DNA of 64,000 nucleotides, taken from the NCBI GenBank assembly GCA_963719225.1, contig CAVRAY010000001.1, forward strand, positions 3,744,001 to 3,808,000. Direction: 5' to 3'. Shown in pieces: positions 9,793-17,294 of this stretch. The notes below the pieces were generated by a model. The model had not been told where the DNA came from. It did not search any database and worked only from the letters and a program-made list of their open reading frames with translations. Numbering within the stretch: the stretch's first letter is position 1; each line of letters starts with the position of its first letter. The position numbers and the translations under genes are program-made. This DNA comes from Thermoanaerobaculia bacterium (lineage in GTDB: Bacteria; Acidobacteriota; Thermoanaerobaculia; UBA5066).

Positions 9793-10646
9793 GCGAGACG
9801 CTCGACCTCCTCGTGCGGCTTCACGAGGCCGACCGCGTGCTCTGGAACGCCGTGGGCGCGGCGCTCCCCGCGATCGCCCGCGCGGCCGACGCGATCGCCT
9901 CGCGGCTCGAGGAGGGCGGGCGCTGGTTCTATACGGGCTCCGGCACGAGCGGCAGGCTCGGGGCGCTCGACGCCGCGGAGCTCCCGCCCACGTTCGGGAC
10001 CGAACCCTCGCTCGTCGTCGCGCTCCTCGCGGGCGGCCGCGGGTCCATGTTCGAGGCGAAGGAGGGGGCGGAGGACGACGTCGCCGCGGGCGCTCGCGAT
10101 CTCGTCGCGGCGGGACTCGGCGGGAAGGACGCCGTCGTGGGCGTTTCCGCGAGCGGATCGACGCCCTACGTGAGAGGCGCCCTCGAAGAGGCGAAACGCG
10201 CCGGCGCCCTGACGGTCGCGGTCGTGTGCCGCCCTCAGGCACCTCTCGAAAAGCTCGCGGACATCGCGATCGTCCTCGACACCGGTCCGGAGGTGCTCGC
10301 CGAATCCAGCCGGCTGAAGGCAGGAACCGCGCAGAAGATCACCCTCAACATGCTCTCCACCGCGGTCATGGCCAGGCGCGGCCTCGTCTACCGCGACGAG
10401 ATGGTCGCGATGAAGCCTACGAACGAGAAGCTCCGGAAGCGCGCCGCGAGAATCGTGGCTGAAATTGCGGGAATAGGAGCGGAAGGAGCGGAAGATTTTC
10501 TTAGAAGGGTTAATTGGCATATGCCTTCTGCACTCGTCGCGGCGAAATGGAAACTCGATGCTCCGGCCGCCGCTCTTCACCTTTCTAAGCAGAAAAACAA
10601 CGTTGCGGCTGCTCTGACCTCGCCGCCCGAGGAAGGCCTCGAGTGA
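9789..10646 (+). CDS. murQ: N-acetylmuramic acid 6-phosphate etherase
   Basis: GSGTSGRLGALDAAELPPTF, EGAED, SASGSTPYV, SSRLKAGTAQKITLNMLST, TNEKLRKRA. Confidence 0.93.
   Translation: MSETLDLLVRLHEADRVLWNAVGAALPAIARAADAIASRLEEGGRWFYTGSGTSGRLGALDAAELPPTFGTEPSLVVALLAGGRGSMFEAKEGAEDDVAAGARDLVAAGLGGKDAVVGVSASGSTPYVRGALEEAKRAGALTVAVVCRPQAPLEKLADIAIVLDTGPEVLAESSRLKAGTAQKITLNMLSTAVMARRGLVYRDEMVAMKPTNEKLRKRAARIVAEIAGIGAEGAEDFLRRVNWHMPSALVAAKWKLDAPAAALHLSKQKNNVAAALTSPPEEGLE
10491..10597. repeat. Convergent pair of the dispersed motif inside murQ
   Basis: GAAGATTTTCTTAGAAGGGT (+) and reverse complement TGCTTAGAAAGGTGAAGAG (-). Confidence 0.65.
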
Positions 10647-11578
10647 GCGAGGGAGCAAAAGGTCTTCTGGACCTCCACATCCACGGCGCTTTCGGCGTGG
10701 ACGTCCTGACCGCTTCCGCCGCCGATCTCGATCGTCTCGCGCTGGGATTGTCCGCCCGCGGAATCTCGGGCTTTCTGCCCACGCTCGTCCCGCAGCCGCT
10801 CGGCGAAATGGCCGCGACGGTCGCGCGCCTCTCGGCGTGGATGCGCTCGCGCCGCGAAGGGGACGACCGCGGGGCGTTGCCCCTCGGGATCCATTTCGAA
10901 GGGCCGTTCGTCTCGGCCGCGCGCTGCGGCGCACTCCACCCCTCTTCCTTTCTCGATGGCAGAGATCCGAGGACGCTCGATGCGTTCTTCGAGGCGCTCG
11001 GCGATCTGCCCGGGCGCTCGATGACGACGCTCGCGCCGGAAATTCCCGGCGGGATCGGGATCGTCAACGCGTTCAAGAGAAGGGGCTTTCTCGTCTCCAT
11101 CGGGCACACGGAAGCGGACGCCTCCACGCTCGACGAGGCGCTCGAAGCGGGGGCGTCTCACATGACGCATTTCGGCAACGCGATGAAGCCGCTCCACCAC
11201 CGGGACGTCGGGCCCATCGGCTGGGGGCTCGCCACGGACCGCGTCACCGTGGACGTCGTCGCCGACCTCCACCATCTCGCGCCGGAGATGCTGCGCCTCG
11301 TCCTGAAGGTCAAGGGGGAGAGCCGCGTCGCCCTCATCAGCGACGCGATGCCGGCCGCGGGCCTCGGAGACGGAACCTACGGCGTCTGGGGAGAGACGCT
11401 CACCGTGGCGGACGGCACGGCACGCAACGCCGCCGGCGCGCTCGCGGGCTCGACCTGCCTCCTCGACGAATGCGTGGCGCGTCTGGCGTCGATCGGCGTT
11501 CCAAAAGACGTGGCGCACCGGATGGCCAGCGACGTGCCGAGAATGGTATTATCCTCGTCCTTTGAGGTATTACCATGA
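10643..11578 (+). CDS. nagA: N-acetylglucosamine-6-phosphate deacetylase (short form)
   Basis: DLHIHG, GIHFEGPF, TLAPE, SIGHT, THFGNAM, ISDAM, LAGS. Confidence 0.88.
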   Translation: MSEGAKGLLDLHIHGAFGVDVLTASAADLDRLALGLSARGISGFLPTLVPQPLGEMAATVARLSAWMRSRREGDDRGALPLGIHFEGPFVSAARCGALHPSSFLDGRDPRTLDAFFEALGDLPGRSMTTLAPEIPGGIGIVNAFKRRGFLVSIGHTEADASTLDEALEAGASHMTHFGNAMKPLHHRDVGPIGWGLATDRVTVDVVADLHHLAPEMLRLVLKVKGESRVALISDAMPAAGLGDGTYGVWGETLTVADGTARNAAGALAGSTCLLDECVARLASIGVPKDVAHRMASDVPRMVLSSSFEVLP

Positions 11579-11814
11579 ACACGATCTCCTTGAAGATACC
11601 TCCCGAGATGGATCGGGAGCTGAAGCGGGCGGCCCGGAGAGCGAAGGCGACGAAGAGTGAGCTGGTGCGAGAGGCGATCGAAGCCCTCCTCTCGACCTCG
11701 CGCCGCTTCCCGACGAGGTTCTATCTCGAGCGCGCCCGCCGCTTCGCCGGCATCGTCGAAGGTCCCGGCGATTTGATGACCAACCCGAAGCGGTTCGAAG
11801 GCTTCGGGCGGTGA
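11575..11814 (+). CDS. Ribbon-helix-helix (CopG-like) antitoxin
   Basis: TISLKIP..L...A......KSELVREAI; C-terminal GPGDLMTNPKRFEGFG; coupled to the PIN gene. Confidence 0.85.
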   Translation: MNTISLKIPPEMDRELKRAARRAKATKSELVREAIEALLSTSRRFPTRFYLERARRFAGIVEGPGDLMTNPKRFEGFGR

Positions 11815-12233
11815 GGCTTTCGGTCCTCCTGGATACGGGTCCTCTCGTCGCATTCATCGACCGCCGAGAGCCCTTCAACGAGTGGAGCCGCCGAGTTTTC
11901 GAGCGGATCGACTCGCCTCTCCTGACCTGCGAGGCGGTGCTCACGGAGGCGTGCTTTCTCGTCCGGCACGTGAAGCGCGGGGCGGAGGCCGTGCTCGGAC
12001 TCGTCGAGAAGGGGTTCGTTTCCCCGATTTTCCGACTGAACGAGGAGGCGGGGGCCGTTCGCCGGCTGATCGACCGCTACGCGAGCGTTCCGATGTCGCT
12101 GGCCGATGCTTGTCTTGTCAGGCTTTCCGAGACCCGGCCGGACTCCCTCGTGCTGACGCTCGACCGCGACTTCAGGCTCTACCGGCGACACCGCCTGGAG
12201 ATGATCCCCGTTCTCATGCCCGAAGGCCGTTGA
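11811..12233 (+). CDS. PIN-domain toxin (VapC-like)
   Basis: VLLDTGPLVA, TCEAVLTEA, MSLADACLV, LTLDRDF. Confidence 0.88.
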   Translation: MRLSVLLDTGPLVAFIDRREPFNEWSRRVFERIDSPLLTCEAVLTEACFLVRHVKRGAEAVLGLVEKGFVSPIFRLNEEAGAVRRLIDRYASVPMSLADACLVRLSETRPDSLVLTLDRDFRLYRRHRLEMIPVLMPEGR

Positions 12234-12239
12234 AAGCCC

Positions 12240-13406
12240 TTACACCTTCCAGTACCAGCCCTTCTTCTCGAAGCCGAGAAGAGCGACGTACCAGAACAGG
12301 ATCGTCACGAGCGCGAAGGCGTGCGAGCGCAGAGTCGGGTCCGCGATCCACGAGAACCCGCCGCGATAGAGCCATGCATGGAGCGTGACGACCTTGCCGG
12401 CCGCGTCCTTCCACTTGACGAGGCCGAACGTCTTCGCGAGAAGGCCGGAAAGGAAGAACACGAGGAGCGGGTTCGTTCCGAACGTGACGAAGAACGCGAA
12501 CGGCTTCTTCCATCCCAGGACGTCGACGAAAAAGAGGCAGATCGCGAGCGCCACGAGCGCGGCGCCGGACGTGAAGACCACGTACGAAGAGGTCCAGAGG
12601 TTCTTGTTGATCGGAAGAGTGCGCCCGAGGAGGAGGCCCGCCGCGGTCGCGACCGCTCCCCAGGCGAGGAGGCGGACGACCTTCTCCCGGACCGTCGCGG
12701 AGCCTTTCAGGAAAAAGCCCGTGAGCGTGCCCGTGAGCATCGTCGCGATCGCGGTGAGCGTCGAGACGATCCCCTCGGGATCCCAACCCTGCGCGTTCTT
12801 CCAGAGGTGGCCCTTCAGCACCGCGAGGTCCACGGCGCGCTGCACGTTCCCCTGCGGCGTGAGGTCGTATCCGGTTCCGAGGAGGATGAGCGTGTGGACG
12901 GCGAGAAGGAGGAAGACCGCCGCCCCCACGCCGAGGACGCGGCGGCGCCAAACGGCGAGCACGATCCACGTCCCGAGGACGAAGACGACGCCGATGCGCG
13001 GAAGGACGCCTGGGATCCGGAGACGCCCGAGGCGCTCGAAAAACGGAACGAACGGATAGAACGCCATCAACCAGCCCACGAGGACGATCGTCATGCCGCG
13101 GCGGAAGGCATGGCGCGCGAGGTCGAGGCGGTCCGCGCCCTGAGCCATGCGCTTTTCGAGCGAGAACACTCCCGCGACGCCGACGATGAACAGGAACCAC
13201 GGGAAGATCAGGTCGGTCGGCGTCCACCCGTTCCACTCGGCGTGGTCGAACGGCCAGTAGAGATGCGCCCAGTCCCCGGGGTTGTTGACGAAGATCATCC
13301 CCACGACCGTCAGGCCGCGAAACAGGTCGAGGGCCGCGAGGCGCCCGCCGCGCCCGCCGGAGGCGGGCGCAGGGGGAGGAGACGCGAGATTTTGCTGGCT
13401 CGTGAT
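12240..13406 (-). CDS. Heparan-alpha-glucosaminide N-acetyltransferase-like (NagX/DUF5009) membrane protein; start uncertain, proposed ATC at 13406
   Basis: RLAALDLFRGLTV (upstream of the ORF-track start), MIFVNNPG, HAEWNGWTPTDLIFPWFLFIVG, GVLPRI, DPEG, PINKNLWTSSYV. Confidence 0.85.
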   Translation of the reverse strand: MTSQQNLASPPPAPASGGRGGRLAALDLFRGLTVVGMIFVNNPGDWAHLYWPFDHAEWNGWTPTDLIFPWFLFIVGVAGVFSLEKRMAQGADRLDLARHAFRRGMTIVLVGWLMAFYPFVPFFERLGRLRIPGVLPRIGVVFVLGTWIVLAVWRRRVLGVGAAVFLLLAVHTLILLGTGYDLTPQGNVQRAVDLAVLKGHLWKNAQGWDPEGIVSTLTAIATMLTGTLTGFFLKGSATVREKVVRLLAWGAVATAAGLLLGRTLPINKNLWTSSYVVFTSGAALVALAICLFFVDVLGWKKPFAFFVTFGTNPLLVFFLSGLLAKTFGLVKWKDAAGKVVTLHAWLYRGGFSWIADPTLRSHAFALVTILFWYVALLGFEKKGWYWKV

Positions 13407-13461
13407 GGAGGCATGTTAGAACGGAGCGCGACGACCTACAGTGGGGTTCGTGTGAGGATGT

Positions 13462-13546
13462 TTTTCTTAGAAGGTGAATGGGCCAGCGCCCCGGAACGGC
13501 GCGGTCCTTGCCCGATGCGATCGGCCCACTCACCCTTCGAAGAAAA
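13462..13546. repeat. Intergenic inverted repeat made of two motif copies
   Basis: TTTTCTTAGAAGGTGAATGGGCC versus reverse complement TTTTCTTCGAAGGGTGAGTGGGCC (2 mismatches, 1 indel). Confidence 0.8.
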
Positions 13547-13559
13547 GCGCCACCACCCG

Positions 13560-14729
13560 ATGCGCCGCCAAGGCAAGGTGCGCGCCGCCTTCGGAACAGC
13601 CCTATTAGAAAAATCTCTCTTCTTTCTTCTCCCTCTTCTTCTCCTCTCTTCGTGTACCACCATCCCCCCATCGCTTCACACGACGCCTCCCGCCGCGTCG
13701 CTCGCCCGCCGCGTCGCGAAGCTGGCGGCGGGCACCGGGGCGCGAATGGGAATCGTGGCGCTTCACGTCGAGAGCGGACGACGACTCGAGCTGAACGCCG
13801 CGGAGGAGTTCGAGGCCGCGAGCGTCATCAAGCTCGCCCTTCTGACCGAGGCGGTCGCCCTCGAGCACGAAGGACGCTTCGACCTGACCGACCGCTGGAA
13901 GCTGAACGCGAAAAGCGTGGCCGCGGGCTCGGGAATGCTCGACGAGTTCGACCCGGGCCTCACCCCCACGAATCGGGACCTGCTTCAGCTCATGATCGCG
14001 ATCTCCGACAACACGGCGGCCGACCGTTTCATCGATCTCTTCGGCGCGGAGGCGGTGAACGCGCGCATGGCGGCGCTCGGACTCGACGGCATCCGTCTCG
14101 TGGGCCGCATCCCGAGCAAGGGGCAGGAGCCCCGGAAATGGCCGCCCCTCGGCGTCATGACGCCTCGCGACACGGCGGAGTTCTACCGGCGCGTCGCGAC
14201 GCGCACGCTCCTCGATCCCGCGAGCGACCGTCTCCTCGCGAAGCTGCTCGCGACGCAGCACATGCGCGACCGCCTCCCCCGGCTGCTCCTCGACGAGTCC
14301 GGGACGTCATGGGCCGGCAAGACGGGCAGCTACGGGAGCGTGCGGAACGATTCGGGCATCCTCACGACCAAGAAGGGTCGCTTCGTCCTCGTCGCGTTCA
14401 CGGATCCTCTTCCCGACTCGGCGGGCTCGAGGGCCCGCGCGATTCGCGCGATGGGCGAAATCGCCGCGGCAGTCGTGAACGAGTGGTCCTCTTCGCTGCC
14501 CGATCTCGAGAGGGGGGGTGGAGCCTCCCCTTCCCCTGGTTCTCAGGCCTCCGGTTCCGCGAGCGGAGAGAACGCTCGCCGAGGCCCGCCTGGACCCCGA
14601 CGCCCTCCACCTCGACCGGGTCTTCCGCGACACGGATCGCCGTTTCTGGGATCTCTGGCGCGCCGCCGGTGGAGACGAGGCGGACGCCTGTCTCATCCCG
14701 ATGCCCAACTCCTGGTGGGAAGGGTATGA
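13560..14729 (+). CDS. Class A beta-lactamase-fold serine hydrolase, putative lipoprotein; tail after ~14517 is probably out of frame
   Basis: Lipobox-like LLSSC, SVIK (SxxK), SDN, KTG; sequence after the G7 tract does not look like protein. Confidence 0.8.
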   Translation: MRRQGKVRAAFGTALLEKSLFFLLPLLLLSSCTTIPPSLHTTPPAASLARRVAKLAAGTGARMGIVALHVESGRRLELNAAEEFEAASVIKLALLTEAVALEHEGRFDLTDRWKLNAKSVAAGSGMLDEFDPGLTPTNRDLLQLMIAISDNTAADRFIDLFGAEAVNARMAALGLDGIRLVGRIPSKGQEPRKWPPLGVMTPRDTAEFYRRVATRTLLDPASDRLLAKLLATQHMRDRLPRLLLDESGTSWAGKTGSYGSVRNDSGILTTKKGRFVLVAFTDPLPDSAGSRARAIRAMGEIAAAVVNEWSSSLPDLERGGGASPSPGSQASGSASGENARRGPPGPRRPPPRPGLPRHGSPFLGSLARRRWRRGGRLSHPDAQLLVGRV

Positions 14730-15204
14730 GCCGTTCAAGATCGAGCCGATCTCGGCCCTCGTCCTCCATCACACGTCGCAGGACACGGACGAGGAATGCA
14801 TCGCGCTCTTTCAGAAGCCCGAGAGCAAGGTCTCGTCGCATTTCCTCGTCGGCCGTGACGGCCGCCTCTTCCAGTTCGTCTCCCTCGAGCATCGCGCGTG
14901 GCACGCGGGAGCTTCGCTCCTCCACGGGCGCATGGCCTTGAACCGAACCACCGTCGGTGTCGAGATCACGGGTGACGGAAACCGGTATCCCTTCACGCCG
15001 GCCGAGGTCGAAACGGTCGTCCGGCTCGTCGGAGTTCTCACCGCGATGTTCCAGATCGACGCCCCGTGGATCGCCGGGCATCAGCACATCGCGCCCGATC
15101 GAAAGAACGACCCGGGCGCGCTCTTCCCGTGGAACGAGGTGGTGAGACGCGGACTCGCTCTCGCGCAGAAACTGAACGAACAGGCGGTTCGGTCCGCTCC
15201 TTGA
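14518..15204 (+). CDS. N-acetylmuramoyl-L-alanine amidase (Amidase_2/AmpD-like); possibly the C-terminal half of a fusion with the upstream gene
   Basis: LVLHHT, VSSHFLV, RAWHAG, VGVEI, GHQHIAPDRKNDPG. Confidence 0.85.
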   Translation: MEPPLPLVLRPPVPRAERTLAEARLDPDALHLDRVFRDTDRRFWDLWRAAGGDEADACLIPMPNSWWEGYEPFKIEPISALVLHHTSQDTDEECIALFQKPESKVSSHFLVGRDGRLFQFVSLEHRAWHAGASLLHGRMALNRTTVGVEITGDGNRYPFTPAEVETVVRLVGVLTAMFQIDAPWIAGHQHIAPDRKNDPGALFPWNEVVRRGLALAQKLNEQAVRSAP

Positions 15205-15241
15205 CGGGGGCGGGAACGGTTCGTTATAGGATTCACCGACC

Positions 15242-16117
15242 ATGCCCAGCCGGTTCTCCCGTCTCGACGACGCCGAGGCGTTGCGACGATTCGTGCGCGA
15301 TCTCCACGAGGGGATCTACGTCACGGACGGGGCCGGGCGGATCCTGGACGGCAACCCGGCCTTCCTCGCGATGCTCGGCGCCGCGTCGCTCGAGGACGCC
15401 CAGGGGATGACGAGCGGCGATTACATCGTGGAGGCATCGCGCCGGGAGGCCGAGCTCCTGGTTCTCGAGCGTGACGGTGCCGTCCGCGATTTCGAGCTCG
15501 AGATCCGGAGCCGGGACGGCGAGATCCGGACCGTCATCGACACGGCGTACCGCTGCGCCGACCACGAGACAGGAGAGATCTACTACCAGGGCATCCTGAT
15601 CGACATCACGGATCGCAAGCGCCTCGAAGAACGCCTTCTCGACCAGAGCCTGCGCGACCCCCTGACGGGCTGCTGGAACCGGCGCTTTCTCGCCGAGTTC
15701 GCCGCACGCCATGCCGACTCCGGCGGCAGCTGGGGCTGCATCATGGTCGACATCGACCATTTCAAGCAGTACAACGACGAATTCGGACACGAGGCGGGCG
15801 ATGCCGTCCTGAACCGGGTCGCGCGCTTTCTGATGCGCACGACGCGCGCCGAAGAATCCACGGTCCGGATGGGGGGCGACGAGTTCCTGCTGCTCCTCGA
15901 CGGCGTGGATGCCGCGGCCACCGAGAACACGAGCCAGCGACTCGTGTTCCTGGCCGACCGCGAGCTTCTCGTGCCTTTCTCGCTCGGATGGGCCGCCCGG
16001 GAGAACGGCGAGTCGCTCGAGAAGACGATCGCGCGGGCGGACCACAACCTCCTGCGGGCGCGCGGCCTCACGCGCTCGGGCGAGCGGCCGAAGCTGTTTC
16101 TCGCGCCGAGGAACTGA
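15242..16117 (+). CDS. PAS-GGDEF diguanylate cyclase
   Basis: PAS/PAC ending DITDRK, RDPLTG..NRR, DIDHFKQYND.FGH..GD, intact GGDEF. Confidence 0.92.
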   Translation: MPSRFSRLDDAEALRRFVRDLHEGIYVTDGAGRILDGNPAFLAMLGAASLEDAQGMTSGDYIVEASRREAELLVLERDGAVRDFELEIRSRDGEIRTVIDTAYRCADHETGEIYYQGILIDITDRKRLEERLLDQSLRDPLTGCWNRRFLAEFAARHADSGGSWGCIMVDIDHFKQYNDEFGHEAGDAVLNRVARFLMRTTRAEESTVRMGGDEFLLLLDGVDAAATENTSQRLVFLADRELLVPFSLGWAARENGESLEKTIARADHNLLRARGLTRSGERPKLFLAPRN

Positions 16118-16125
16118 GCGCGACG

Positions 16126-17265
16126 CTAGCCCGCAGACATCACGACGCCCAGGCCGGGCGCGTCGGGCAGAGACCAGCGGCCGTTCACGATCGAAAGACC
16201 CTTGAAGGGATCCTTCGCGAGAAGGAGATTTCCGTCGATGTCGAGCCAGTCGAAGAGCGGGCCCACGGCGACGCCCGCCGCGATGCCGAGCGACGATTCG
16301 ATCATGCAGCCGAGCATCAGCTTGAGGCCCAGGGCGCGCGCCACGGCCGTCATCTCGTAGACGCGCGTGATGCCTCCCGACTTCGCGAGCTTCAGGACGA
16401 CGCCGTCGAAGAGGCCCGCCTTCGCGGGAATGTCCGAGGCGTGGAGGACGCCTTCGTCTCCCAGGATCGGAAACGTCGCGAGGCCCTTGAGTTTCGCCAT
16501 CTCGCCGTCCATCGCCGCCGGCATGGGCTGCTCGAGGTAGACCGGCTTCACCGTGTTCAGCCAGGCGAGCTTCTTCTTCGTCACGTCCACGCTCGTCCAG
16601 CCTTCGTTCGCGTCCACGGTGATGGGTTTGTCGGTGACCGAACGGATCGCCGCGATGTTCTCCTCGTCGCTCGGAAGCCCGAGCTTGATCTTCAGCTTCG
16701 GAAACGCCGAGGCTTCGCGGACCTTCTGCTTCATCACCTCGGCGGTATCGATGCCGATCGAGAACGTGGTCACGGGCATGCGGCCCGTCGGGACTCCCAG
16801 GAGCTCGTGCACGGGGCGGTTCAGCCTCTTGCCCTTCCAGTCCCAGAGCGCGAGGTCCAGCGCGGCCACGACTTCGGTGTCCGGCCCCGCTTCCTTCTCG
16901 GCGCGCTCGAGCCACGTGAGGTGCTCCCAGGGGGAGAGGCCGGCGACGGCCCCTTTCACGCGGGCGAACGCCGCCTCCGACGTCTCGAAGCTCTGGTTCC
17001 AGCGCTTGTTCGCGGCAGCCTCGCCATAGCCGGTCACACCCTCGGCGCTCAGCGTGAGCAGGCCGTTCTTCTTCTCGTCGGACGAGCCGCGCGCGATCGT
17101 CCACGTGTGCGCGAGCTTGAGCGGGAGCGGAGCATAGGAGAGGGATACCGGGGACGGCGACGAACCAGAAGACGCCTCGGCGAAGAGCGCTTCGGGCAGC
17201 GCGGTCGCAGCTGCCGCGGCGGCCGACGAGAGGATGAGCGTGCGGCGGGAAAGAGTCTCGTTCAT
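16126..17265 (-). CDS. L-Ala-D/L-Glu dipeptide epimerase (enolase superfamily, YkfB/YcjG-like) with Tat-like signal peptide
   Basis: SRRTLI signal, KIK, VDANEGW, EQP, DE, KLAKSGG, GCMIES, DIDG. Confidence 0.9.
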   Translation of the reverse strand: MNETLSRRTLILSSAAAAAATALPEALFAEASSGSSPSPVSLSYAPLPLKLAHTWTIARGSSDEKKNGLLTLSAEGVTGYGEAAANKRWNQSFETSEAAFARVKGAVAGLSPWEHLTWLERAEKEAGPDTEVVAALDLALWDWKGKRLNRPVHELLGVPTGRMPVTTFSIGIDTAEVMKQKVREASAFPKLKIKLGLPSDEENIAAIRSVTDKPITVDANEGWTSVDVTKKKLAWLNTVKPVYLEQPMPAAMDGEMAKLKGLATFPILGDEGVLHASDIPAKAGLFDGVVLKLAKSGGITRVYEMTAVARALGLKLMLGCMIESSLGIAAGVAVGPLFDWLDIDGNLLLAKDPFKGLSIVNGRWSLPDAPGLGVVMSAG

Positions 17266-17294
17266 GTCCCGGATTATGGTGTGAGAATCGAGCG

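Noticed and set aside
13560-14517. Calling the SxxK proteins antibiotic-resistance beta-lactamases
   Set aside because: Context and fusion partners point to murein metabolism, and I could not identify a canonical class A omega-loop ExxLN motif.
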